From Botryllus schlosseri (lineage: Eukaryota): a stretch of 64,000 bases of DNA. The DNA lies in contig CM119371.1 in the NCBI GenBank assembly GCA_051294905.1, positions 14,572,001-14,636,000 of the forward strand. The letters run 5' to 3'. Of the stretch, positions 1 through 12,938 are shown piece by piece. The number at the start of each line of letters is the position of its first letter. The stretch's first letter is position 1. A program made the position numbers and the translations under genes. Below the pieces are notes generated by a model, which had not been told where the DNA came from, did no database searches, and was given only the letters and a program-made list of their open reading frames with translations.

Positions 1-1210
1 GAGTAATAATGAATGGCTAATGTTGTGTGATGTTTGTACAATATGGCTGTTCTAAAATAACTTCTTTTTTATTTTACTGGGTGGTTACTTGATAAAATTG
101 TTATGTTGCAAGGAACACTAAATCTGGCTTAATTTGAAAAAAGTGGAATCAATGATGTGAGAGGAGAATATTTTGGATTTGAAAATAAATGGAGTATTTT
201 AGTGAGAAATTCTTTCATATAATATAGTTAGCCTACATAGTAGTAAGCCGACTATTTTTTCATATCCAAAACATTCTACTCTAATAACTTCACTTTTTCT
301 AGTTGGAATTGAGTCAAATTTCCTATGAATCATATTTTTACACAATGTAACAATATCATGAGATAGCCGGTAAAATTCGAAAATCTCTATTTGTAATTAG
401 TCTAAAATTTTCTTTCATAGCATTGCTTTCTACTGGTTGGAATTGAGCCAAATTTGATTTTTTAGGCAATCTAGCAATTTTAAGAAGTAGCCGGAAAATT
501 TGAAAAAATGTTTTTGAACAGCCCCATTGTACAATTATTTATCCAATGCTGTAACTGCGATGTAGTCTGTAATGCAATTGGGAAAACCTTTAGTATAATC
601 AAAAGGTATCTGTTCTGTTGTCACTGCACAATGCACATAGTTGTATGCACGCTTTTACAGCATGCTGGCCTGTTGTAAATACCTCTACATAAACATGCAT
701 CCATTGATTCTCTATCAACTAGTATCTTGAATTGAATTTGTTGGTTCTCTATCAGGTAGTATGTAGACGTGAATTCGTTGGTTATTCGTGAGCTATCGTC
801 GATGTGCTCATAATAAAATCTGAATGCTTGTATTGGTGATGCATCAGACTGACAAGAGAGATATTTGATTTTAAGTTCTAAGATTAGTAAAGTTATCTTT
901 AGCATCGGTAAATGAGGCCAGGGCCTGTGTGCCAAGACTCTGATAGGGACAAAATGAGCATGTTTCGCAAACAGGGAATTCGATATCACCCAAGCAGGAT
1001 TGAAAACATGAATTGAACATGACTTCAATACTGTGACTTGGACTCGACTCGAGTCATAACACCATGACTCGGACTTGACCCTTCAAACGGTGACTTGGAC
1101 TCGGACTCGAGTCTGTGATGAATTGAAAATGACTCGACTCGACTCGAGTCAAAACCACAAAAGTATGATTGACTCGTGACTCGGAACCATGTGACTTGGT
1201 TACAACCCTG
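1..1210 (+). repeat. Second copy of 31231-32470 (hAT 3' end + spacer + GACTC-rich MITE end)
   Basis: Near-identical by eye with small indels; both copies stop at TTACAACCCTG. Confidence 0.92.
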
Positions 1211-2676
1211 GCTGGATGATGAGATCCAGAGGGAGGCTAGCTATCTTTAAATGTCGTTATAAATACCCTAGGCGAGTGTTTACATGCGCTCCATACGTAC
1301 TCTGAACGTTGGAATGCAGCTCCTGCATCCAAAAAAGTTGGGAACCACTGGTATATACGCAGGTACCGTACTTTGCTGCTAGCTATATCTCTGGGTTACG
1401 GTGTAGGTTAGGTAATAATGTATAGGAGACGGCAATATTTAGTATTTGCAAGTGGATATTCGGGACAAATCAAATGTCCAGCTCTTGGTTTAGTGGAAAT
1501 CATTAATCCGAAAACCATTTCCTTCGTGAACAAAACCAAATCGACGTTATCACGCATACACACGTCGACATAGTTGAACTCCAACGACATTGCTGGCTCT
1601 TCGGATTTGATAGGGTAGCGTTATCTCCTAAAGTCGTGTTCAATATATATATTTAACGGTTACTATGGGGCTTATTTAGCCAAGCGGCTAATTTTTTAAA
1701 CGCTGGAATCGCTTTAAATAATATCCACAAATTCATCATAAATATTAACTGCTATCCACCTGAAATCGTCCACATATTTGCGAATTGGTAGACTTGGCGA
1801 TTGATTTGATATGGACGGGTACAGGTTGGAAAGCTCCGTTTTCAATTAAGCAATCTGCTTTGGTGTAGAAGTTACAATTCAAATTGAACATGAAATCGGT
1901 TGAGAATATGGAATGCCTCATCGTAATTGCATTTTATATGTCCACTGTCTATATGACTGACTCTTGTTAGTTTACGCTTCGCAAGCACGCTATACAACAT
2001 AAATTAGACATATATCCAAAAAGAGAGCACTTCAAATCATCATCCTCAGGAGGCAGTATTGCACATGGAGATGGTGCAAGAATGGTTGAAGTCCAACTTC
2101 GCCTATTGCGATTTTAAAAGTCTTTTCAGGTCAGGTCTTATTAACTAGTTTGATACAATACAACTATCGGATCAAACTCCTCGGGTATATAGACAGGGAA
2201 TTATATACTGGTATTTCTGTTAATAAATCGGAATGAAGCGCTGCCATGAAAGAAAATAGCAACAATTATCATAAACAGAAGAAATATTGTGTTATGGACT
2301 TTCGGATTTGTCAATCGAGCTTGATTAAGCAAAACATTGAAACCGATTATAGATGGATTAGATATGCTTGAGTTTCTATCCGCATTACAATTATTTCGAG
2401 TCTTGGCACCCCGAGCAGGCACAAAGATCTCAGCGCGTTGAAGAATAAGCTGTTTCCTCCGATATTGCTTCCAAATAACTTGCTAACATGCAACACGAAC
2501 TGGAAAAGTTTAGTTATACGGACAATATACATGATTCAATTATTTCGAACTAGCGTACTCTCTTTACTCCTACGCGGGTTCACTGGATTGCTACGATCAT
2601 TTCTAAACATGGCAAAAAATTACCACGAAATAAATAGTACATTTTCAACAGACTTGTTCAAAATAAAATCATAACG

Positions 2677-2749
2677 TGATCCCGAAGGGACTCGAACCCT
2701 CAATCTTCTGATTCGAAGTCAGACGCCTTATCCATTAGGCCACGAGACC
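2677..2749 (-). tRNA. tRNA-Arg, anticodon TCG
   Basis: Reverse complement GGTCTCGTGGCCTAATGGATAAGGCGTCTGACTTCGAATCAGAAGATTGAGGGTTCGAGTCCCTTCGGGATCA, 73 nt. All four stems pair, A and B boxes are intact, and TTTT runs lie just downstream. Confidence 0.95.
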
Positions 2750-3569
2750 CGCTTGCGATACCTGATCGATTCTAATAATTTTCTAAATTTCGACTCCAAC
2801 TGCTGCTCTTGTCTCCATGCAATTTTAATCGTAGGAGCAACACTGGTCATCCCTCAATCCTATCTCGATTTACCACATGGAAGCTGATTCACATCTTCTT
2901 CATTTTTATCCCATGCGAAACACTTTGAGCCCCGGCACGACTGCAGTCAGTTCCAATAGGCCTAGCATCGCTCATTCTAGCATCAATTTCGTACTCGACC
3001 ACAACTCTGAATTTGCGGTGTGCGACACTTGATTCCGGCCCCGGTATAAGTATATTAGGGCCTATGCGTAGCAGTGTTGGGATGAATCGAGTAATTACTT
3101 TACTCGAGTCAGACTCGAATGAACTTTTTCATATGGCTTGACTTGACACGGGTCACTTTGCAAAAAACACTTGACTTGAGTTGTGGATGTGGATTGGCAC
3201 GTGACCCGGAGAAAAATTTACGAGTCAATTTCAAGTCAATAAGTAGGCTAATGAGTGTGGAGAAAATCACTGTATATTGCAAATGTTGAGATTGTTTGCG
3301 ATACGCTGGTGTAGCCTGGTGGCAAGCGGACTCGGCCCATCGGCCGTATGTTTGAAACCCCTGGTATAGGAGGCTAATCACAATTATAACCCTAACTGAG
3401 TATATATGGCATACATGTGTAAAACGAGTGCAGTGCAGCAGCGCGCATGTAGTAGAGTACAACGTGTAGTTTATTAAACGACGGCAATAGGTTGTTGTTG
3501 TTGTTGTTTATTTAAAAAAAAGATTTGCTGCTTATCGCCTGACGTTCTTTTGCACCACGTTCAATAACA

Positions 3570-5260
3570 ACACTGGTCCACACGAGTTTTGCGCCAGGAC
3601 TTCTTTGGGTCAAAAATAACTAATTTTGGGGCGCTAAATACGAATCTGCCGCTATTTTTGCTCTATCAAATCACGTTTTTGAGATATTATATATGTTGAA
3701 TATGTTGAATATTTCTACTTTCTCGAGGTTCCCAAGTAGATTTTAGCTACTTGCAGTACTTACTGAGGTGTTAATGTTTTATGACTACTTCAACATATAC
3801 CTGAACAGTATTCTGTATAAACTAAATTGGTTTTTGTAAAGTAGAAAGTAGTTCGGGGATAATATTGCACCACTGACATGAGTTAAATTGTCATAAGTAA
3901 CGCGTGAAATAACTTCTGAATCACGGTAACTGAATACATTTTTTCGAAGATTCTACCCATGGGTGGTGTCATTAAAGTCATTTTGCGTTAGCTGCGACGA
4001 TACATCTTACGATTTCGTATGTAGCCAACTCCGACTAACTGTTAAAAGTATGCGACCACCCACCCCCGTCCAAATAATATACTTGAATATTTACTGACTT
4101 TTAGTAATTCTCAAACTTCTCATTTCGTCTTACACTTGAAATAGTTTTCACTTGTCCAACATGTACAACTTCTACTTGTAATTGAGTAGAAATAAAAGGC
4201 GTTACTTGTGTTACTTGAGTACCAACGCCGATCACTTCGACCAACTCTAGTTCATAGTATAATATTACGGCAAATCAGAAACCGCAAAAATGTAAAGCTT
4301 TTGGTATTTAGAACTGGCGTTTGATCATGCAAAACGCTAACAAAAAGTATCGAAACCATTTAAAAACATCACTATAAATTAACCAATGATCATCTTTGGC
4401 TCTGTTCCATCATGGAACTCATGGCATTTGGTGTAGGCCACAGAATGTCCTATGTCGAGACAGACGACTGTCCTAGAACCGATGCATATTTGTTTCTTTT
4501 GTGAAGTAACACTCACCTCAGGTTTCGTGTTGAGATGTCAGTAAGCAGTCTCCATTTATCGGGTTGTCTATAATAGCCAATGCAAAAGAAACTCATTATT
4601 ATCATGGCAATAAACCAAAAGAAAAACGGTTCAGAAACAGATTTCCTCGATTCCGATAAAATGTGACAGTATATATGGAAACAGGAGAAGAAGAAGAATG
4701 AGCATAATAAGTATACATGCGGAGATTAATAAGGATAAATTCTTTCAAGTTATCATGATAAGTGCTTTTTTTTCTTTGGAAAAGCAGACATCCTGTTTCT
4801 TTTGCTGCTTTAAAACAAGCTTAAAGAGCCCCATATTTGGGTCATATACCGGAGTGAAAAATTCTCTTCTACATAATATACCAACAATACAATGTTTATT
4901 GTTTGCAATGGATGCAATGGATTGGCCGATTAAGTCTGCAAGACTGTTGTATAAAAATAGATAACGTAGGGAACTAAATTAAGTACAGAGCTACTAATCA
5001 CAATCTTTAAACGAAGAGTGGTATATTATATATAATGATATTTGATCTGTTGCTGTTATACGCTCACCGTAATGTCACTAACGAAAGCCGAAATTCGATT
5101 AATTTATGAATATGAGTAAAATATAAACCGAATAAATCTGACGTGATAGATAAATTCTGAGCACAGAATCGGATTCAGCAACCTAATTTTAGCCTAAATC
5201 AATCAATAAAATTTTAGGAGCATTTTTTTAAAAAAATTTGTAGACCATGGTGCAGTGTAG
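3570..5260. mobile_element. Degenerate DNA transposon, superfamily uncertain
   Basis: ACACTGGTCCACA ... TGTAGACCA..GTGT ends with inverted subterminal gaatctg/cagaatcggattcagc blocks. Confidence 0.45.
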
Positions 5261-5439
5261 TTTTATGGGTTCGACACAGCTTCTGATTGAACGAAGATAG
5301 AGAATCACTGGATTCAAGTTCACCGAAAACTCACTCATTCTGTACTACAACAGCCCAGGTTTCATGATAGATGATTTTAAAAACAATATTTGATCTGCTG
5401 CTGTTGTATGCTGACAATCGTTGAGGTATATTTTCCATC

Positions 5440-5792
5440 TGAACAAGTCACACACAATGTACAATGCGATAAGACACAATGCGATGTAATGAACAGATAG
5501 GAGGATGTCGAACGACACGCAGTTGCGATCCTTATACTCTAACATCCACCTCGGCCTAGAGCGCCCGATGTCACAGTTCTTTTCGGTGTTGATCTTTTTG
5601 AAGCCGCGGCCCTTTCTACTACTTCTTTCCATTCCTTGTGAGTGCATTCTTTCGTCGGGTCTTTTTCTGTGCTTTTTTGTCGCCGTAAGAGCGACGGCGG
5701 TGGGAGAGGAGCCCAGATAAACCTTCGACGGGAATCGGACCGGGGCCGCCAGATTGTTATGCGCTTATCGTCACCACTACGCTAAGTCCCCC
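5440..5792 (-). mobile_element. tRNA-derived SINE family B; other copies about 42260-42500(+), 60720-60975(-)
   Basis: Head GGGGACTTAGCGTAGTGG...GGTCCGATTCCC; the copy at 42260 has a GGTTCGATTCC B box; shared body. Confidence 0.8.
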
Positions 5793-7920
5793 GTTGCAGT
5801 TACACGAAAACACAAATTCAAAAACATAAGAAGTTATTTGAGGATCATGGAGTAAATCGGCAATACCAAAATTCACTTTCAATTGAGCACGTTTATCTAT
5901 ACGAAATTTCCGATGACAGCATATTTTGGACAACATATAATAAAGTGGTCGACGGTTTCAGGGTGGATGCAGTAACTATAACAAGGAGATTATACTATTC
6001 CAATTTTAGACACATGGGCGTTTAATCGGCAATGTCCAGATTTCAGACGGAAAATGATGTCATCTATGAGCCGGCTTCCACGAGTACGGGGAGAATCACA
6101 AACCGAGGAGTTAAAGGTTCTATATTGAAGTCCTTTTTCGGATATACGGTATTCCTAATCCCACAACGTCATGCAGTGACGACGAGCTTCTTGTTCCGAG
6201 AGCATCAGTAAAACCCAATAATTCGGCGGGGTGTCAGAGACAGTTTTCGCGAATTTGTCCGCTTTTTCTTTGCCGGAAATGCCACGACAATAGGTGTTTG
6301 AGTCTGGGTTACTTGTTAACTACGCCCGGAGGCTGCTATGGCCACATCAAAGAGAGACTGAACCACGAACATTGAAAATGAATTGTCATGTCTGTTATAA
6401 GATTGAATTCATATTTCACTACAGCTACACGATTCATTTCAGCCAGAGTCAGCTTCTACTGTTAGTTTTCTTTATTCTTAATCAGCAATCATCCATATCC
6501 GTGTACATCGCTCTATATTTGTGTCGCGAATAAGATTTTTATATCAGCATGAGCAATTAAAGACATAAACTATGATAGTTCCAATTTGGCAAAACACTGA
6601 TTTAAGCACCAAACACTATTTTAGATTTTCAACAGGTGAACACGACCAATATGAATATGATTATGACGTTATATTCGCAATTCCAGAAGTGTATGAATAT
6701 TTGAATGCCACCACCCACCAATGAAATCATGCATAAACATTGCGTGACTAACTTTCTTGTACCAGTACACTTACGCCATGTTAAGAAAACATGTTGTATT
6801 TCAGAGGTATTACCGTTATGATGAAATGGAGTACACTGCTAACGTATATGCCTCATATAGATCAGTTTTCATTCTTTAAAACCAGTCAAAGCTCTTCCCA
6901 GTTTACTCCACAACTTACAATATGTCGACCATCGAAATGTTCGTCGTTCTCGAGTATTATTAGAATAGATATGCAAGTTGTGTTTCAGTAATAGTTTCAT
7001 CAACTGCTTGTTTCTGGGCCGGTCGCATAGGAATATATGAGCCAACTGAGGCGGTTTCAAGTTGCTTTTGAACGCAGCTAACCACTCTGAATATTGCTAA
7101 TGGAATGCGCGACTATGAAATTATGAATATTTCTCTGTGTCCAGTCCAGTTTATTTCGAGATATATGCAAGTCTTATAGACTGTTGATGAGCCAGCAATT
7201 TCAGATAGTCTGTAAAATGCCGTTTGTTTCATATGGATTCTAAATGCCGATATAATGTGTCTCCTGCCTTAGCCCCAGCATGATACGCATATATGACAGA
7301 CAGAAATGCAGCCACGATTCATTGGCGATTTACTTAAATAACACGCTATTGCCACTGTGCGTTTGTCGATGAGAATTATGATCTCGACACCATTTTACAC
7401 ATTGGAAGGCAGTAAACCTCGATTGGTCATGGCAATTTCGTAGCATATGAAACATGTTGTATGAAGCTAAGCATGTTGGTGGAAATGACATATCTGTGAA
7501 GTCGATCGACTCACAGCATTGTCACAAAGTGCAATGAAATAGGTCTGGTCAAAGAATGCTTAATGTGATGTAGAAGAGACACTACATTCTTTTGTAGTCG
7601 CATAAAGGGCACAATATAGGAACTTTCCACATATTATATACGGTTGTAACGTCATAATGAGTGATACTAGAATACTCGACTCGACGCCTAACTTCGCTCG
7701 ATTTTTTCTGGTTCGGGATATACGGTGAGATAGCATCACGGATCACGGACCTCACTTCTAATCCCCGTCCTATTTGTTATTCTGACTGCGCATATGACAA
7801 CAGCTTAATTTCCATGAGCACCCATGCACTGTAAGTCTAGCAAGCGAACGCATCATTTTCCGGTACATTAACTGAGGTAAATATGCACGTAAATTTTCAT
7901 ATTGATAAGTGTCATTTGTT

Positions 7921-8195
7921 TGCTTGTTTGTGGTATTGATGGCGTTTGTCGACTACAACGGTCATTCACACCAGGCCCATATTTCTTATATATGGATTCT
8001 GTAGCTTCCTACTTGTAGCACGGCCCACTTTCTAGGCTTTTGTAGGACACCGCTTACGTGGATGAGATGGCAAGGTGTAGTCTAGAGATTAACCTTCAAC
8101 ACTTAGGTTGCAACTCTGGAGTCGACCTCGGTCGGACCCCCACAACCCGTTTGTGATGTAGCTGTGGATTAATAAATCACTACGCTATCTCGTCA
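7921..8195 (-). mobile_element. SINE family A copy
   Basis: Reverse complement aligns with 21105-21405. Confidence 0.8.
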
Positions 8196-9732
8196 AGGCT
8201 AGTTCTAGTCTTCTTGTGGTCTTTCAATTTCTTATTCTGACTACACATATGACAACAGCTCCATTTCCGAGAGAACACATACTGTAAGTTTAGTAAGCGA
8301 ACGCATCATTTGCCGATAGATTTACTGACGTAAATTTGTCATAATGATGAGTGTCATTCTTAATCGATTACAATATGATTGGGTGTTACTTCATTCAGAA
8401 GTTGCATTGGTGTCGCAATCTTGCTTCACACCAAAATGTGACTAACTCTTTCGGTTTCAGACACGACATTAAGGGGGGTGATCGGAGACACATGAAATCA
8501 CCCACTCGGCTGTAAAAGTTATCAAACGGTTTCACGGAAGAAATAATCAGTACATCTGAACTGACCATCATTTGGTCGCAAAGTTTCAGGCATTACAGTT
8601 CGCGGATAAGCATTCGGATGAGACAGGATGACGAGAGAAGGTCAAAGTGTATGAGTTTGATGTTACTGATTTTCTAAACTTGATTTGATTTCGAATACGG
8701 AATTACTCGTGATATTGAGGTTCAAAGGAACTTTCGGATATATATTTACCTTCGTCGCTTACGGACTTGGATCTAGGAATGACGGGAATGTATTTTGAAA
8801 TATGAAACTGAATTATGGAACATGAACTTGATCAACGCATATATAATCCGATAAATTCTGGCACGAGAAGGGCGGTTTGTGTGCCCTGCTGATCGGGAAC
8901 ACGACATTGTGTTTGTTGGGACATGAGCTATTCGACATGACTATGTAGGGTTCACTTCGAACAGTTGTACGACTTGTACTAGGAGCCTCCTCGCCGTGGC
9001 ATCCGCGTGTAGGTGAACAGTGGCATCTCTGCTTTGAAGTATACGGACATACGGTACTATAATAGCAGCGCAATTTGTAAATAAACAGTTACACGCACGA
9101 CACAACACGCACTAATGAGAATTTTGTAGGTTATAGAGGAAATGTATTTGTCTGCATAAAATACGTTTGTTCAACTGAATAAGAGTAGACTCCAAAACTT
9201 TTAAATGAAACAAAGATCCGCCAAAACAAGTTCATATCAAAGCACTGTGAATTTCCATAATCATGAGAATGGTTAACGTCTGTATGCACCAAGCTTTAGT
9301 CGTCTTGTACTATACCACTGCCCATGCGATTAGCAAAACGATTTTCCTTTTTCCAGTAACTCAAAACATCACAGACCGTGCTCTCACGCTCTGCTGCGAA
9401 ATGTCCTTCCCATCCACTTTGTAATATATTATCTTTGGTTAGATCTGAAGCAACCAGTCTTTTGTCTTGATGTGGTTAAGAGCATGAAAGTGAACAAGCC
9501 TGTGCTAACTATATCTCTTTTCCTTCGCTGTTGTGATCGAAACCAGAATGCTGTTTGCAGACTACAAACTACTATGCCAGCATGGCTATTATTTGTCACA
9601 ATAATTACTATGACTGTTCCGTGTAAGTATTGCGACAGCGGCATTGGCACTGGATTTCCCCGCTCGAGAGATATATTCTTATTAACCCGCTGCAAAATGC
9701 GCAGATAGAGAGGCATTTTCAGAATAACAGTA

Positions 9733-9852
9733 AATTAGATTAGAAATAAAATTAGGGTATAAAACATTTAACAAGGAACATTTTACAAATTAGATTGAAT
9801 TAGAATTAAAGCATGAAAACAATTCGCAAATTAGATTAGAATTAGATTAGTG
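9733..9852. repeat. Degenerate (ATTAG)n low-complexity repeat
   Basis: Repeated attag/aattag units. Confidence 0.65.
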
Positions 9853-10118
9853 GCATTTCATAGTCCTAATTTAGTGAAAATATACTAATAAAATTATCTA
9901 GTTGTCCAAGTCTGCCTACGTGCATACTTTCGTACGTTCCTACTTGGATGCATAATGTGGATAAAAATGTTGTACTCGATTTACCCCGCGGTATAGTCTG
10001 AGGTAGGGGCTGGTTTCGTGTGCCGTGGGTGTATATACACACCCGTATATCAGGAGTGTTAAATGGGAGGAAATACACACTCCTTTCGCTAAGAGTACAG
10101 GTGGTGGACTATATACGA

Positions 10119-10750
10119 CAGTGGTTCTCAACCAGGGGTCCACGCAGCATTTTCAAGTGGTCCGCGAAACCTTTGAAGTTGTAAAGTGATTGAAAACCCA
10201 ATTTCCATTTTTTTTAATTAGGAAAAGCATTATTGCTGAAACTTTAGGACTCACATCATTAATGTGGTCGTCTGAGATGAAATATCCGACTGTGCAAACA
10301 CATTTTAATTGTTAAATTACAAATAGCCTGCCGATGCAAACATATTCCTGTTTAGATCTGTTTTGTTGGGGTTTGTGTTTTGTATTTGGAGTTGTCCGTT
10401 ACAGCAAATTAGTAAACAGTCGTTTGAAATAGGAATTCGTGAATAGTTTTCCTAATCTGACCCAATGAAAGAATAGAAATCTCGCCAAGAAATCCATTTT
10501 CTCCTATGATATAACCACTAAATATCTCCAAGATGAGATGCTGGATAGAAATAACTAGGCTGGACGTTATATGTTCATTAAAAACTCACACCAAAACCGT
10601 CGTCGGAAGCGTTACGCGTAAATATTACATTAGCCACCAATATATCTTTGTGGAAGTGGATTTCCGGCACTCGTTCATATCCAATCGAAGACGCGGATTT
10701 TCAAGACAATTAATACAGCTGCAAAATTCGTTTCGAAGTAATAAAAGTAT
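10119..10750 (+). mobile_element. CAGTGGTTCTC-family element left part; second copy about 42823-43320
   Basis: Shared left TIR and internal blocks (gatgaaatat..actgtgcaaac, aaatccattttctcct, actaggctggacgtt). Confidence 0.75.
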
Positions 10751-11161
10751 CCCCAATTTCTACATATACTGTGATTTTATTTTCAAAAAAAGTCATTTTG
10801 TGGCAGCTTGTCACTATAGCCTACAATCAATATTTGCACGAGACAGAGAACGGTTGCACGATGATTAACCCTTTCTAATCGGCCGGCCTACTGACCAAAA
10901 TTTTACTGCATCCACAAAAAAGACGATAAAATGTCATCCATATGGCTTAAATCGACGCCCGATATATTGCCGTAAACCTGAAGTAGCCGCCTAGCGGTCT
11001 GAGATACTCTTACGGCTCAGACGCCAGAGGGAATAGCGGTGTGCGAGGAAATGTTCTCGATTTCTTGAAAATAAAATACAATTTTGTTCTTCTATATCTC
11101 CTGACGTCACACTTAGGCCCTATCTTGGTATATGACCACCTGATTGCGTTTGAATCTCTAC

Positions 11162-12938
11162 TAGTGCGGGGCGGATCGACAAATTATTTGGTCCGACTCC
11201 GATCCTGTTCCACAATCCTCTGGTCCGACTCCACTCCGACTCCGAGGCCGGATAATTGAAATGAGCGATATTCGATCCAAAAAACTCCGATAATATTCAT
11301 GTACGACTAGCTATTTCCAGTTAACAACAAATGCAGTAGTAGGCAATGGGTTCAGGTTATATTGAAAAAAAAAAGAAACATGGCATTGAAACTCAGAGCT
11401 TTGTATGGAATATGAAAACTACACAAACACTACATAAACACTCTCAGGCTGGTATCGAATATAAAAAGACAAGGTAGGCTACATGGTAACAAAAACTCAC
11501 AGGTTTGTATGGGATATGAAAACTACACTCACAGGCTGGTATCGAATTAAAACTGACAAGGTAGACTATATGCGGTCAACGACTTGCAACGAGGTATTGT
11601 ATCAGAAACTTTTTCTATCATGTCAGTATCAGACAGAACTATAGGGCAGTGACTATGCACGGACATCGAGGGCTGTAACGTGTGCTGCAGGACAGTCGAC
11701 AACATGTGGCAGCACATGTCAGTCTCTGATGTGTTGTCAGTGCAGATCTTATATTGCTTGCGTCATCTGTTACAAAATAACAGAAGTCTAGCATAGAGCT
11801 AGATAGTCCAATCTCAGTGCAACATTCCTGGATTTTATTTACCAGATTTACACCTGATTTCTGCTCCTCAAACTTTGTTGCAGATATTGCTACAGAGTGC
11901 AGCTTTTCCTCGCGAATGTAATGGGCTGTCAGTGACATGTAATGTCTGCTTTCGACATCAGCCCACATATCCGTGGTGAGCTCAATCATCCCATATTCGC
12001 TAATAGTCGCTTTCACAATGATAGAAATTTTTTCCTTCTCCAGTGCAGCACGGCTTGGAACTTCCCTTTTAACGGTATGTCTGGATGGGATTATTTCTTC
12101 TGCATTCATTCGACCATACACCGACCCTATATCCATAAATGTTTGAGCAAGTTCGACAAAATCATCACCCTCTAAAGATCGGAATGGTCTCAAATCCTTT
12201 ACAATGAATGATGTGGCTGCTTTGAGCAATTGTACCTTGGCCTTAGTCGGAAGCGGAGCAGATTGTTTTTGTCAGAAAGGATGACATTGAACGTTGGCCC
12301 GCTAATGGTATGACTTTCGATACACTGCACCTGGTTTTGATATGAGTGGCTTAATGTGTTGTGCCACTGTTCTTTCTCTCATGCTTGAATGTCAAACCAC
12401 CATGCCGACAGAGAACAAATCCTGAGTAGTCACCGCCCTCCTCACTTCACTGGTGCCAGGGCCAGTTGGCAAGGCAAAACTCTTCCACACCTCACTTTTA
12501 TTTCCCTTCACATCAACCGCGTGTGGTTTCCCTTCTTCATACAAGGCTTTTGCTATTTTCGATGATCTTATAATACTAGGATTACCACTTACCAGCCATC
12601 TCACTGCACGCTAAGGAGACCGCATCGACGACATACAGTGGAAACAAGGATGTTGGAGGTAATAAATGCTTAGTCATATAATAAATGCTGCGATTGAATG
12701 AGTTAGCATAAATTTGGGTCATGGCTCAGTGATTTTACAGATATGGCTCGGTTATTTTCTCACTGTGGTCGGAAGTTACTATAGTCATGCTGTGGCCGGA
12801 TCAAAAATATACTGATCCGGCTCCGATCCGGCTCCGGCCGTAGCAGAAAAAATACTGATCCGGCTCCGATCCGGCCCGACCAAAATTGAAAAAATCCGGC
12901 CGGATATCCGATCCGGCTCCGGTCCATGCCCCGCACTA
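11162..12938 (-). mobile_element. Internally deleted hAT DNA transposon
   Basis: TIR TAGTGCGGGGC/GCCCCGCACTA, perfect TSD ATCTCTAC. Transposase remnants: BED-finger start KSEVWKSF, DLRPFRSLEG, LTTDMW, FVTDDASNI. Subterminal TCCG/CCGG repeats. The C-terminal half is missing. Confidence 0.92.

Noticed and set aside
621..1028. 135-aa ORF and its counterpart at 31973-32230
   Set aside because: Lies in a repeat; the frame is not preserved between copies; no domain.
1395..1920. Exon-like segments on the minus strand
   Set aside because: No frame gives a recognisable protein or a consistent splice chain.
8460..8640. LRGVIGD resembling a second class C exon
   Set aside because: Stop two codons later and no companion exons.
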